The notes below the pieces were generated by a model. It saw only the letters and a list, made by a program, of their open reading frames with translations, was not told where the DNA came from and searched no databases. DNA of 64,000 nucleotides, taken from an uncultured Acidobacteriota bacterium (lineage in GTDB: Bacteria; Acidobacteriota; Thermoanaerobaculia; UBA5066; Gp7-AA6). Below, in pieces: positions 27,341-36,276 of this stretch. The stretch's first letter is position 1. Each line of letters starts with the position of its first letter. The position numbers were made by a program, and so were the translations under genes. The stretch is taken from positions 117,816 to 181,815 of the forward strand of contig CAVXTP010000003.1 of assembly GCA_963764715.1 (NCBI GenBank), read 5' to 3'.

Positions 27341-27368
27341 GCAGTAAGCAGTAAGCAGTAAGCGGGAG
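27341..27368. repeat. heptamer tandem repeat (GCAGTAA)3 + GCGGGAG
   Basis: Directly after the sodC TAA; same unit as 14452-14486. Confidence 0.85.
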
Positions 27369-27371
27369 ACG

Positions 27372-27404
27372 TCGGGACGGCCTGGGCCGTCCCGATTCTT
27401 TTTT
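27372..27404 (+). terminator. intrinsic terminator of sodC
   Basis: TCGGGACGGCC-TG-GGCCGTCCCGA followed by TTCTTTTTT. Confidence 0.8.
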
Positions 27405-27426
27405 GGGCGTGATTCAATGGGCGCCC

Positions 27427-28881
27427 ATGAAGAGCTCCGACTTCGACCTTTCACCGGAGGAACTGCGCCGGCTCGGCGGGCTCGCGGCCGACGCCGTCGC
27501 CGCGCACCGCGAATCGCTCGAGTCGCGCGCCGTCTTCGGCAAGATCGGCCCCCGCGCCTCGCTCTTCGACGAGCCGCTCCCCGAGGAGGGAGCGCCCTTC
27601 GAGGACGTCCTCGCCTTCGTGCGCGAGAACGTGATGCCGTTCCCGATGGGCAACTCGCACCCGCGGTTCTACGGCTTCATCAACGCCACCGCCGACCCCG
27701 TCGGCATCTTCGCGGACTTCCTCGCCTCCGGCATGAACCCCAACTGCTGGGGCGGCGATCACGCCGCGAGCCACGTCGAGCAGGCCGTCATGCGCTGGCT
27801 CGCCCGAATGCTCGGCATGCCGGCGACCGCCGAGGGCATCCTCGTCTCGGGCGGGTCCATGGCCAACTTCACGGCCCTCGCGGTCGCCCGCCGGGCGATG
27901 ACTCCCGGCAACGTGCGCGAGGACGGACTGGCCGGCCCCGACCGGCCGCGCCTGACCGTGTACGCGTCCGACCAGGTCCACTCCTGCGTGGACAAGGCGG
28001 TCGACCTGCTCGGCATCGGCACGCGGCAGCTCCGCAAGCTCGAGAGCGGACCGGACTTCCGGATCCCGGTCGACGCACTCGCGGACGCGATCGCCGCCGA
28101 CCGGAAGGCCGGCTTCCTCCCGGCGATCGTCGTCGGCAACGCCGGGACCGTCAACACCGGCGCCATCGACCCGCTCGACGGCCTCGCGGACCTGTGTGCG
28201 CGCGAGAAGCTCTGGTTTCACGTCGACGGCGCCTACGGCGCGCTCGCCTCGATCGTGCCCGAGCTCGCGCCGCTCTTTTCCGGAATGGACCGCGCCGACT
28301 CGATCGCCGCCGACCCGCACAAGTGGCTCTACGTTCCCTACGAGGCCGGGGCGACGCTCGTGCGCGAGCCGGGGCGCTTCGCCGCGACGTTCCGCAAGTT
28401 TCCGGAGTACCTCGCGCAGGACCCCGAGAGCCCGTTCCCGGGCCCGGCGTGGTTCGCCGAGCGCGGCGTCGAGCTCTCCCGCGGCTTCAAGGCCCTCAAG
28501 GTCTGGATGGGCCTCAAGGTCCACGGGCGCCGGGCGTACGCGGAGCGGATCGCGAGCGACGTGCGGCTGGCGAAGTTTCTCGCCGCCGAGGTCGACCGGA
28601 GGCCGGACTTCGAGCGCCTCGCCGAGTCCGTCCTGTCGATCGCCAACTTCCGCTACCGGCCGGAGGGGCGAAACCTCTCCGACGCCGAGCTCGACCGGCT
28701 CAACCGGAGGATCATCAACCGTCTCGTGGCCGACGGCGCGTTCTTCCTCGCTCCGACGGTCCTGAAGGGGCGTGCCACCCTGCGCGTCTCGATCACCAAC
28801 TTCCGGACGCGCGAGTCGGACCTGACGGCGCTCCTCGACGAGGCCGCGCGGATCGGCCGGGAGCTGCTCGCCGCGGCCTGA
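27427..28881 (+). CDS. PLP-dependent group II amino-acid decarboxylase
   Basis: HPRFYGFI, SGGSMAN, HVDGAYG, DPHKWL. Confidence 0.92.
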   Translation: MKSSDFDLSPEELRRLGGLAADAVAAHRESLESRAVFGKIGPRASLFDEPLPEEGAPFEDVLAFVRENVMPFPMGNSHPRFYGFINATADPVGIFADFLASGMNPNCWGGDHAASHVEQAVMRWLARMLGMPATAEGILVSGGSMANFTALAVARRAMTPGNVREDGLAGPDRPRLTVYASDQVHSCVDKAVDLLGIGTRQLRKLESGPDFRIPVDALADAIAADRKAGFLPAIVVGNAGTVNTGAIDPLDGLADLCAREKLWFHVDGAYGALASIVPELAPLFSGMDRADSIAADPHKWLYVPYEAGATLVREPGRFAATFRKFPEYLAQDPESPFPGPAWFAERGVELSRGFKALKVWMGLKVHGRRAYAERIASDVRLAKFLAAEVDRRPDFERLAESVLSIANFRYRPEGRNLSDAELDRLNRRIINRLVADGAFFLAPTVLKGRATLRVSITNFRTRESDLTALLDEAARIGRELLAAA

Positions 28882-28930
28882 CCCTGTTATCCTTTCGAGC
28901 AGTCTTCCGTTCGCGCGAAAGGAGCCGTCG

Positions 28931-31396
28931 ATGAAGCTCCGGCCGGGATCCCTGGCGTTCGCTGCGCTTCTGTCCGGGACCGCCCTTCTCGCCGACGCCG
29001 ATCCCGTGTACACGGCGCTGCGGGCGGCGCGGCCGACGGGCCCGGCCGTCCTCGTCGAGAACCTGATCCTCGAGCGCGACGTGTACCGGTTCACCTTCGT
29101 CCGGGGCGCGTTCCAGTTCCTTCCCGGGGTCGAAGGGCGCATCACGGGCGCGGCCTTCGTGGGCGAGGGTTCATGGCAGCTGACGCCCGCCGACGAAGGC
29201 GAGCGCCGCCACCTGGCGCTCCTGACCGGGCAGAGGGGCCTGGAGGTTCTCGAGGATCGCTTCGAGGCTCTCGTCCTCCTGTTTACCGACGCTACCGAGG
29301 GCGAGATCCGCGCCGCGGGCCGGGAAGGGACGGCTCCGGCCGGGGCGGCGGTCGCGTGGGACGACTTTCGGTCCGAGCAGCGCAAGACCCTGGACACGAA
29401 CCTGCAGATCCGAATCCTCGCGGACGTCCTGCGCCGGGCCGACCCGAAGGCGGGGGTGTTCTTCGCGGCCATCGACGGCCGGAGCCTTCCCGCAGGCCTC
29501 GTGATGGTCGATCCGGGCGGCCTCGACTGGTTCCCTCCGGGGCCCCGCTCGGGACCCGAGAACTCCGGGCTCTGGATGCTGCCCGAGTTCGATCGAGGCT
29601 TCTGGTACCTCGCGCGCCGGCGCGCCGATACCGGATCGCCGCCCCCGGACCCAGCGTCGGACGCCGAGAGCTACGTCGTCGACTCGACCATTTCAGAGAG
29701 CACGCGGCTCTCCGGCACGACGACCCTGACGCTGCGTGCGAAAGCCGGGGACCTCCGCGTCGTCCCGATCGAGCTCTTCGACAAGCTCCGGATCCGCGAG
29801 GCGGCCGTCGCCGCGGGCGACGGCGCGTGGACGCCGATCGCGTTCATCCAGGAGAAGGCCGAGGAGGACAGCGATGCGGCGGTCGTCCTGGCCTTCGCGC
29901 CGCCCGCCGGAGCGCTCGTCCGGCTCCGCATCTCTTACGAGGGCAAGGACGTCCTGCGCGACATGGGCGAGGGGACGTTCGCCGTCGGAGCGCGGCAGAG
30001 CTGGTATCCCAACCTGGGCTCGTTCCGGGACCTGGCGACCTTCGACCTCACGTACCGGGTGCCGAAGGGCCGGCAGGTCGTTTCGGTCGGCGAGCGCATC
30101 TCGGACAAGGTCGAAGGCGACGCGCAGGTCTCGGTCTGGAAGGCGGAACGCCCGATCCGCGTGGCCGGCTTCAACTACGGAAAGTTCCGCATGATCGACT
30201 CCGACGACAAGGACAGCGGGATGAAGCTCCAGGTGTACTCGAACACCGGGACACCCGACGTGATCGCGGAGCTGAACCTCGCAATGCGCGGGGGGCTGGC
30301 GAGCGGTCCCGGCAACGCGCGCGAAGCCCACTCCTGGGCGGGCGCCGGGCTGCAGAGCGTCGACATGGATGCGGAGACGTTCGCGCGCAACGCGCTCGCG
30401 GACGGTGTCAACTCGGCCCGCATCTTCACCGCCTACTTCGGGCCGGTCTCCGAGAAGCACGTCGCGATCACGCAGCAGGCCCAGTGGTTCTTCGGCCAGT
30501 CCTGGCCGTCGCTCGTCTTTCTTCCCTACCTCGCCGCGCTCGACGGGACGCAGCGGCGCGAGCTCGGGCTCGGCGGAACCGGCACGACCGACTTCGTCGA
30601 CCTCGTCGGTCCCCACGAGCTCGCGCACCAGTGGTGGGGCCACAGTGTCGGCTGGGCATCGTACCGGGATACCTGGCTCTCCGAAGGGTTCGCCGAGTTC
30701 TCGGCGTCGCTCGTCATGCAGCGCACGCTGGGTCCGAAACGCCTCGCCGCCTATTGGGAGCAAGCGCGAAAGTGGATCCTCGAGAAGCCTCCGGGCAGCG
30801 CCGTGCCCAACGACGAGGCGGGGCCCCTGACTCTCGGCACGCGGCTGATGACGCGCTCGACCCCGTCGGCCTACCAGGCCATCGTCTACCTCAAGGGCGC
30901 CTATGTCCTGCAGATGCTGCGGATGCTGATGTGGGACCCGCGCGCTCGCACGCCCGACGGCCCGTTCATCGCCCTGATGACGGACTTTGCGCGGTCGTTC
31001 GCCGGCCGCAACCCCTCGACCCGCGACTTCCAGACCGTCGTCGAGCGGCACATGACGCCGACCCTCGACGTGGCGAAGACGGGCAAGCTCGACTGGTTCT
31101 TCCGGCAGTGGGTCGACGGGACCGAAGTGCCCCGGTACACGGTGAAGGTGGACGTCCAGCCCGCCGGCAACGGGGAGTACAAGCTCTCGGGGGCGGTGAC
31201 CCAGGACGGCGTCTCGAAGGACTTCGTGGGGTTCCTGCCGCTCTACCTCGAGTACGACAAGGCCGAGGTCCAACGGCTGGCCGTCGTGTCGTTCGTCGGC
31301 AACATGGCGACCCCGATCGAGGGCACGATCCGGCTTCCCAAGGCGCCCCGCCGCGTCGTCGCCAACGCCATGCACGACGTCCTGACGCGCGACTGA
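28931..31396 (+). CDS. secreted M1-family (gluzincin) aminopeptidase
   Basis: Signal peptide; HELAHQWWG...WLSEGFAEF; VYLKGAYVLQMLR. Confidence 0.87.
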   Translation: MKLRPGSLAFAALLSGTALLADADPVYTALRAARPTGPAVLVENLILERDVYRFTFVRGAFQFLPGVEGRITGAAFVGEGSWQLTPADEGERRHLALLTGQRGLEVLEDRFEALVLLFTDATEGEIRAAGREGTAPAGAAVAWDDFRSEQRKTLDTNLQIRILADVLRRADPKAGVFFAAIDGRSLPAGLVMVDPGGLDWFPPGPRSGPENSGLWMLPEFDRGFWYLARRRADTGSPPPDPASDAESYVVDSTISESTRLSGTTTLTLRAKAGDLRVVPIELFDKLRIREAAVAAGDGAWTPIAFIQEKAEEDSDAAVVLAFAPPAGALVRLRISYEGKDVLRDMGEGTFAVGARQSWYPNLGSFRDLATFDLTYRVPKGRQVVSVGERISDKVEGDAQVSVWKAERPIRVAGFNYGKFRMIDSDDKDSGMKLQVYSNTGTPDVIAELNLAMRGGLASGPGNAREAHSWAGAGLQSVDMDAETFARNALADGVNSARIFTAYFGPVSEKHVAITQQAQWFFGQSWPSLVFLPYLAALDGTQRRELGLGGTGTTDFVDLVGPHELAHQWWGHSVGWASYRDTWLSEGFAEFSASLVMQRTLGPKRLAAYWEQARKWILEKPPGSAVPNDEAGPLTLGTRLMTRSTPSAYQAIVYLKGAYVLQMLRMLMWDPRARTPDGPFIALMTDFARSFAGRNPSTRDFQTVVERHMTPTLDVAKTGKLDWFFRQWVDGTEVPRYTVKVDVQPAGNGEYKLSGAVTQDGVSKDFVGFLPLYLEYDKAEVQRLAVVSFVGNMATPIEGTIRLPKAPRRVVANAMHDVLTRD

Positions 31397-31430
31397 CCCG
31401 GCCGGCCCGGCCCGCCCCGGCCAGTTCCGT

Positions 31431-31916
31431 CTACCGCGCCTTCCAGGCCTCGACGTTTCTCTCGATCTGGCGCGAGTGCTTCTCGAGGTGCTCGGCGTAC
31501 GAGTCGAGCCAGTCTTCCGCCGAATACGGCCCGGACTGCGTGTGCGTCCCGGCCTTCGACCAGGCGGACTCGGGCAGGCGATCGAGCAGGAGCGCCGTGT
31601 TCGCCCGGACCGCGTCGACCGTCGCGAGCGCCGGCTCGAGGGGCGCCGCGTGGTAATCGAACGTCCGGGCCCAGTGCGCCTCGTCGTAGCCGAGGACCTT
31701 CGGCTCCGCCTCGGCCACGAGGTACCGGATGCGGGCGTAGGCGTTCGTCTCCGAGTCCGCGCAGTGACAGACGACCTCGTGCGCGGACCACTTGCCCTCG
31801 GCGGGCCGCCACTTCAGCGCCTCGGGCGGGACCTTCGCGAGGGCGGCGCGGAGCTTCGCCGGGCCCTCCCGATAGCGGCGGATCCGGTCTTCCCGTTCAG
31901 CCTTCGTGAACCGCAT
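31431..31916 (-). CDS. DinB family protein
   Basis: WSAHEVVCHCADSE...EHLEKH. Confidence 0.85.
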   Translation of the reverse strand: MRFTKAEREDRIRRYREGPAKLRAALAKVPPEALKWRPAEGKWSAHEVVCHCADSETNAYARIRYLVAEAEPKVLGYDEAHWARTFDYHAAPLEPALATVDAVRANTALLLDRLPESAWSKAGTHTQSGPYSAEDWLDSYAEHLEKHSRQIERNVEAWKAR

Positions 31917-31927
31917 GCCGGCCTCCT

Positions 31928-32242
31928 TCACCAATGCGTCCCGTCGAGGGACACGACCGTTTTCTCGCCGACGACTTCCGCCGCGTGCCGCGTGCCGGCC
32001 GGCAGGTAGATGCGATCTCCCGCCGACAGGTCCCAGGCGACGTCGCCGACCGTGACGCGCAGCGTCCCCTCGAGGACGGCGTCGCACTTCGCCTGCGCGT
32101 GCTCGTGCGCAGGGAAGACCGTGCCGGCGCGGTAAGTGTAGACGAGCACGTCGTAGCCCTCCATCTCCATCGCGAGCATCAACCGGCGCTCGGAGAGCGG
32201 GCCGTCGGCGCGATGCCATTTTTCGACTCGCACTTCGCTCAC
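31928..32242 (-). CDS. cupin domain protein
   Basis: FPAHEH...GDRIYLPAGTRH. Confidence 0.85.
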   Translation of the reverse strand: MSEVRVEKWHRADGPLSERRLMLAMEMEGYDVLVYTYRAGTVFPAHEHAQAKCDAVLEGTLRVTVGDVAWDLSAGDRIYLPAGTRHAAEVVGEKTVVSLDGTHW

Positions 32243-32270
32243 CGGCGGGAGAGTCTATCGAGGCCAATAG

Positions 32271-32294
32271 AAAAAGGGGGCTTTCGCCCCCTTT
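32271..32294 (-). terminator. intrinsic terminator of the RRM gene
   Basis: GGGGGC-TTTC-GCCCCC flanked by an A5 run (U-tract on minus strand). Confidence 0.85.
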
Positions 32295-32318
32295 GGATTT
32301 GCCCCGGGAAGAAACGAA

Positions 32319-32600
32319 TCAGTATCGGCCGCCCCGTCCTCCGCCGCCGCCGCTCTGGGTCTTGGGCCGGGCTTCGTTGACGGTCAGCGCGCGGCCGCCG
32401 TACTCCTGGCCGGAGAGCGCCGAGATCGCGTTGCGGGCCTCGTCGTCGTTGCCGAACTCGACGAACCCGAACCCCTTCGAACGACCCGTATCGCGATCCG
32501 TGATGATCGCGACGGAGCTGACCGCTCCATAGGTCGAGAAGAGCGAGCGAAGATCGTCCTCCGACGTGTTGTAGGGAAGGTTTCCAACGTAGAGTTTCAT
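32319..32600 (-). CDS. RRM RNA-binding protein with Gly-rich tail
   Basis: RNP2 LYVGNL, RNP1 KGFGFVEF, VNEARP, GGGGGRGGRY. Confidence 0.95.
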   Translation of the reverse strand: MKLYVGNLPYNTSEDDLRSLFSTYGAVSSVAIITDRDTGRSKGFGFVEFGNDDEARNAISALSGQEYGGRALTVNEARPKTQSGGGGGRGGRY

Positions 32601-32747
32601 CGAAACAGAATCCTCGAAACCGGCGTCACACGCTTTCGACCCAACCGCGCCGCTCGGAGGAGCCGACCTTCCCGTAGGAATTCGTCGGACTTCTGGGCGG
32701 CCGCGGGTTGCGTGCTTGGAAGGCGAGCGATTTACGAGAAGGCGCGC

Positions 32748-32776
32748 AGTATAGCAGCGGGCCTCGGGGCCGGCAA
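32748..32776 (-). promoter_or_regulatory. sigma70 promoter of the RRM gene
   Basis: TTGCCG-N17-TATACT, implying a leader of about 140 nt. Confidence 0.7.
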
Positions 32777-32837
32777 CCGTCTGTTAAGAATTCCTTAAGG
32801 CGGTCCGGGGCGTGTCGCGGCCCGAAGTCGAGCCGGG

Positions 32838-33824
32838 TCAGCGGTGTGCGGGGATTACGAGGTCTCCGAGGGCACGGGCTACCCAGGTCCGCGTCATCTC
32901 CTTGCGCCAGAGGAAGGAGAAGTCGGTGTTGTCCATGGGCCGCGAGGGGCCCGCGGCCGCGGCGGCGGCCTCCGCGATGGTCCCGGCGTCGAGGGGTCGC
33001 CCGGAGAGGATCGCCTCCGCGGCGCTCGCCCGGACCGGCGCGGACGCCACGCCCCCGAGGACGATGCGCGCTTCGGCGACGCGCTCGCCGTCGAACCGTG
33101 CCGAGGCGCCCACCGAGAGCACCGGGAAGTCGAAGGCGCCCCGGCGGCGAAGCTTCCGGTAGGTGGCCCTCCGGTCGCTCTTCGGGACGCGGATCTCGGT
33201 GAGGAGCTCCTCCGGCCGCTTGGTGAGGTAGTGGATTCCATCGTTGACGTAGAGCTCTTCGAGGGGGATCTCCCGTTCGCCGTCCGGGGAGACGAGGACG
33301 GCCCGTGCGCCGAGCGCGATCAGCACCGGGACGGAGTCGGCTGACTGCACGGCGAGGCACTTCGGCGAGCCCGGCGCCACCCAGCAGATCGCCCCGTCCT
33401 TCTTCATGCAGAAGTCGATCGCCTGCCGCCACTCGTAGTTCTGGTCGTAGTAGTTGCAGCGCGTGTCGAGCAGGACGTTGCCGCCGAGCGTTCCCATGTT
33501 CCGCAGCGGCGGCGTCGAGATCTCCTCGACGGCCCGCACCAGGGCCGGAAAGGCGCGCCGCACCCGGCGATGGCGCTCGATCGCCGAGAGCGGCACGCCG
33601 GCTCCGACCACCGCCCCGGCGTCGCCGACACGCAGGCGGCCGAGGGCCGCGATGCGCGACAGTCCGATCACGACCTTCGGGGTCTGCTGCCGGCGCTTCA
33701 TGTTCGGGTAGAGGTCCGTCCCGCCGGCGACCCACGCGGAGTCGGGCCCCTCGCCCGCCTTGATGCGGAGCGCCTCCTTCACGCTCGAGGGCGCGAAGTA
33801 GCGGAATTTCGGGAGGCGCATCAT
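32838..33824 (-). CDS. hcrB: FAD subunit with extra [4Fe-4S] insertion, 4-hydroxybenzoyl-CoA reductase beta-like
   Basis: AGGTDL, GTLGGN, insertion DTRCNYYDQNYEWRQAIDFCMKKDGAICWVAPGSPKC with 4 Cys; substrate not established. Confidence 0.75.
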   Translation of the reverse strand: MMRLPKFRYFAPSSVKEALRIKAGEGPDSAWVAGGTDLYPNMKRRQQTPKVVIGLSRIAALGRLRVGDAGAVVGAGVPLSAIERHRRVRRAFPALVRAVEEISTPPLRNMGTLGGNVLLDTRCNYYDQNYEWRQAIDFCMKKDGAICWVAPGSPKCLAVQSADSVPVLIALGARAVLVSPDGEREIPLEELYVNDGIHYLTKRPEELLTEIRVPKSDRRATYRKLRRRGAFDFPVLSVGASARFDGERVAEARIVLGGVASAPVRASAAEAILSGRPLDAGTIAEAAAAAAGPSRPMDNTDFSFLWRKEMTRTWVARALGDLVIPAHR

Positions 33825-33834
33825 CGCGTCACCC

Positions 33835-36276
33835 TCACCGCACTCCCCCGGCTTCCGTCACCACGGCGTCGACGGCGCGGCCGTCGCCGCCCTCCGCCGG
33901 TGTGGGGACGTGGATCGGCGCGGGATAGGGCACGTCGGGAAAGCGCTCCGGGCCGAAGCGCGCCGGCTTGCCCTGCGCCTTCGCCTTCAGCGCGCGCAGC
34001 ACCTTCTCCGGCGTCACGGGGACCTCGTCGATGCGGACGCCCACCGCGTCGAAGACGGCGTTGGCGACGGCCGGAGGGATCGGAAGCAGGGGGCCCTGCC
34101 CCACTTCCTTGGCGCCGAAGGGCCCGTTGGCGTCGGGGTCCTCGACGAGGTACGTCTCGACCTCGGGCATCTCCTTCGTCGTCGGGCTCTTGTACTCGAG
34201 CATCGAGGGAAACTTGTGGACCACGTTGTTGTTGGCGTCGGTCCGGTAGGACATCTCCTCCATGACGGCTTCGCCCAGGCCCATGTAGACCGAGCCCTCG
34301 ACCTGACCCATCACGAGCGCGGCGTTGATGCACTTGCCGACGTCGTGCGCGATCCAGATCTTCGGCACCGTCACGATGCCCGTCTCCGGGTCGACATCGA
34401 CTTCGACGACCGCGGCCGAGTACGAGTAGGCCGGCGACGGCCCCACGCCCGCGCCGCGGTACCGCCCGGCCGAGGGCGGCGGCGAATAGGAGCCGACCGT
34501 GCCGAGTGTTCCAAAACGGGACTCGGCGAGCACCGCGGCCTCCGCGAAGCTCATGCCCTTTTCGGGCTCGCCCACGTCGAAAACCCGCCCCTCCGCGAAG
34601 CCCACGCACTCGGGAGGGATCTCGAGCTTGACCGCCGCCGTCGCCACGAACATCTCCTTCGCGCGCTCGGCCGCCTGGATCGCCGCGTTGCCCGTCATGA
34701 GCGTGACCCGCGACGAGTACGAGCCGAGATCGACCGGCGTCAGGTCGGTGTCGCCCGTGACGATGCGGATGTCGAAGGGATCGATCCCCAGGATCTCCGC
34801 CACGATCGACGCGAGGATCGAGTCGGAGCCCTGGCCGATGTCCGTCGATCCGCAGAAGACGGTGACGCCGCCGCCGCGGTCGATCTTGAGCTGCACGCCG
34901 GACTGCGGCATCCGGTTCCAGTAGATCGGCAGGCCCGCGCCGCAGAGGTAGGACGAGCAGGCGATCCCGAGGCCGCGCCCCGGCGGGAGCTTGCCGCGGC
35001 GCTTCTTCCAGCCGGAGGCGGCGACGACCTTGTCGATGCAGGCGCCGAGGCCGATCGACCCGACGCGCAGGAAGTTCGCGGTGAGGGTGTTCGGGGGATG
35101 CAGGTGATTGCGCCGCATGGCGGCCGGGTCGAGGCCGAGGTCGCACGCGATCTTGTCGAGCTGGACCTCGAGGGCGAAGCGCGGCTGCGGCGTGCCGTGG
35201 CCCCGCTTGGGCCCGCACGGGGGCTTGTTGGTGAAGACGCGCGCCCCGTCGAACCGGTAGGCCGGGACCGGGTAGGTCACCGTCTGCAGCGCGCCCGTGT
35301 AGTACGTCGACGCGACGCCGTAGGAGCCGTATCCCCCGCCGTCGAGCACGGTCTGGAAGTGCATCGCGGTGATCGCGCCGTCCGCCTTGACGCCCGTCCG
35401 CACCTTCATGAGCGTCGGGTGCCGTCCGCGGTGGCAGTAGAAGACCTCTTCGCGGGTCAGGCAGATCTTGACGGGACGGCCGGTCACGCGCGACAGGTGC
35501 GCGACGACGATCTCGTGGTTGAAGGGATCGGACTTGCCGCCGAACCCGCCGCCGTTGGGGGTCGCGATGACCCGGATCTTCGCCGGCGGCAGGTCGAGGA
35601 CCTTCGCGAGCGCGCGGTGGACGTAGTGGGGCGTCTGGGTCGAGGACCAGAGCGTGAGGCGGCCGTCGGGCCCGAAGTCGGCGACCGATGCGTGCTGCTC
35701 CAGCGGAAGGTGCGTGTTGCCCTCGTAGAAGAAGAGGTCCTCGTAGGTCCGGTCCGCCCGGGCGAACCCCTCCTCCGTGGAGCCGAACTCCATCGACACG
35801 AGCTTGTGGATGTTGCCCGCGTCGCCGTAGTCGTGGATGGGGGTCTCGACGGGGGCGAGCCCGTCGTCGATCGAGCCGATCGGGGGCAGCCTCTCGTACT
35901 TCACGTCGATCAAGTCGAGGGCGTCGAAGGCCGCGTCCTCGTCCACGGCGGCGACGGCGGCGACCGGGTCGCCGACGAACCGGACGCGGTCCGTGCAGAG
36001 CGCATGCTCGTCCTGCGAAACGGGGAGGATGCCGAACGGCGTCGGCAGGTCCTTCCCGGTCGCGACCGCGATCACGCCGGGCGACGCGAGCGCCCGGGAC
36101 ACGTCGATCGACACGATGCGGGCGTGCGCGATCTTCGAGCGCAGCAGCTTGCAGTGCAGCATGCGCGGCAGCATCACGTCGTCGGCGAACTTCGTCTGGC
36201 CGGAGACCTTCGCGGCACCGTCGACTTTGGCGTAAGGGCGGCCGACGACGCGGGTGGGATTGCGCGGGGCGGTCAT
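33835..36276 (-). CDS. hcrA: molybdopterin-binding large subunit (xanthine oxidase family, HcrA-like)
   Basis: GGGFGGK, PPCGPKRGHG, GQG, GSYSSRVT, GQVEG, GPFGAKEVGQG. Confidence 0.7.
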   Translation of the reverse strand: MTAPRNPTRVVGRPYAKVDGAAKVSGQTKFADDVMLPRMLHCKLLRSKIAHARIVSIDVSRALASPGVIAVATGKDLPTPFGILPVSQDEHALCTDRVRFVGDPVAAVAAVDEDAAFDALDLIDVKYERLPPIGSIDDGLAPVETPIHDYGDAGNIHKLVSMEFGSTEEGFARADRTYEDLFFYEGNTHLPLEQHASVADFGPDGRLTLWSSTQTPHYVHRALAKVLDLPPAKIRVIATPNGGGFGGKSDPFNHEIVVAHLSRVTGRPVKICLTREEVFYCHRGRHPTLMKVRTGVKADGAITAMHFQTVLDGGGYGSYGVASTYYTGALQTVTYPVPAYRFDGARVFTNKPPCGPKRGHGTPQPRFALEVQLDKIACDLGLDPAAMRRNHLHPPNTLTANFLRVGSIGLGACIDKVVAASGWKKRRGKLPPGRGLGIACSSYLCGAGLPIYWNRMPQSGVQLKIDRGGGVTVFCGSTDIGQGSDSILASIVAEILGIDPFDIRIVTGDTDLTPVDLGSYSSRVTLMTGNAAIQAAERAKEMFVATAAVKLEIPPECVGFAEGRVFDVGEPEKGMSFAEAAVLAESRFGTLGTVGSYSPPPSAGRYRGAGVGPSPAYSYSAAVVEVDVDPETGIVTVPKIWIAHDVGKCINAALVMGQVEGSVYMGLGEAVMEEMSYRTDANNNVVHKFPSMLEYKSPTTKEMPEVETYLVEDPDANGPFGAKEVGQGPLLPIPPAVANAVFDAVGVRIDEVPVTPEKVLRALKAKAQGKPARFGPERFPDVPYPAPIHVPTPAEGGDGRAVDAVVTEAGGVR

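Noticed and set aside
32601-32741. SRP RNA, 6S RNA or tRNA in the RRM leader
   Set aside because: No SRP helix-8 motif, no cloverleaf or TTCGA arm, and no separate terminator; treated as a cis-leader instead
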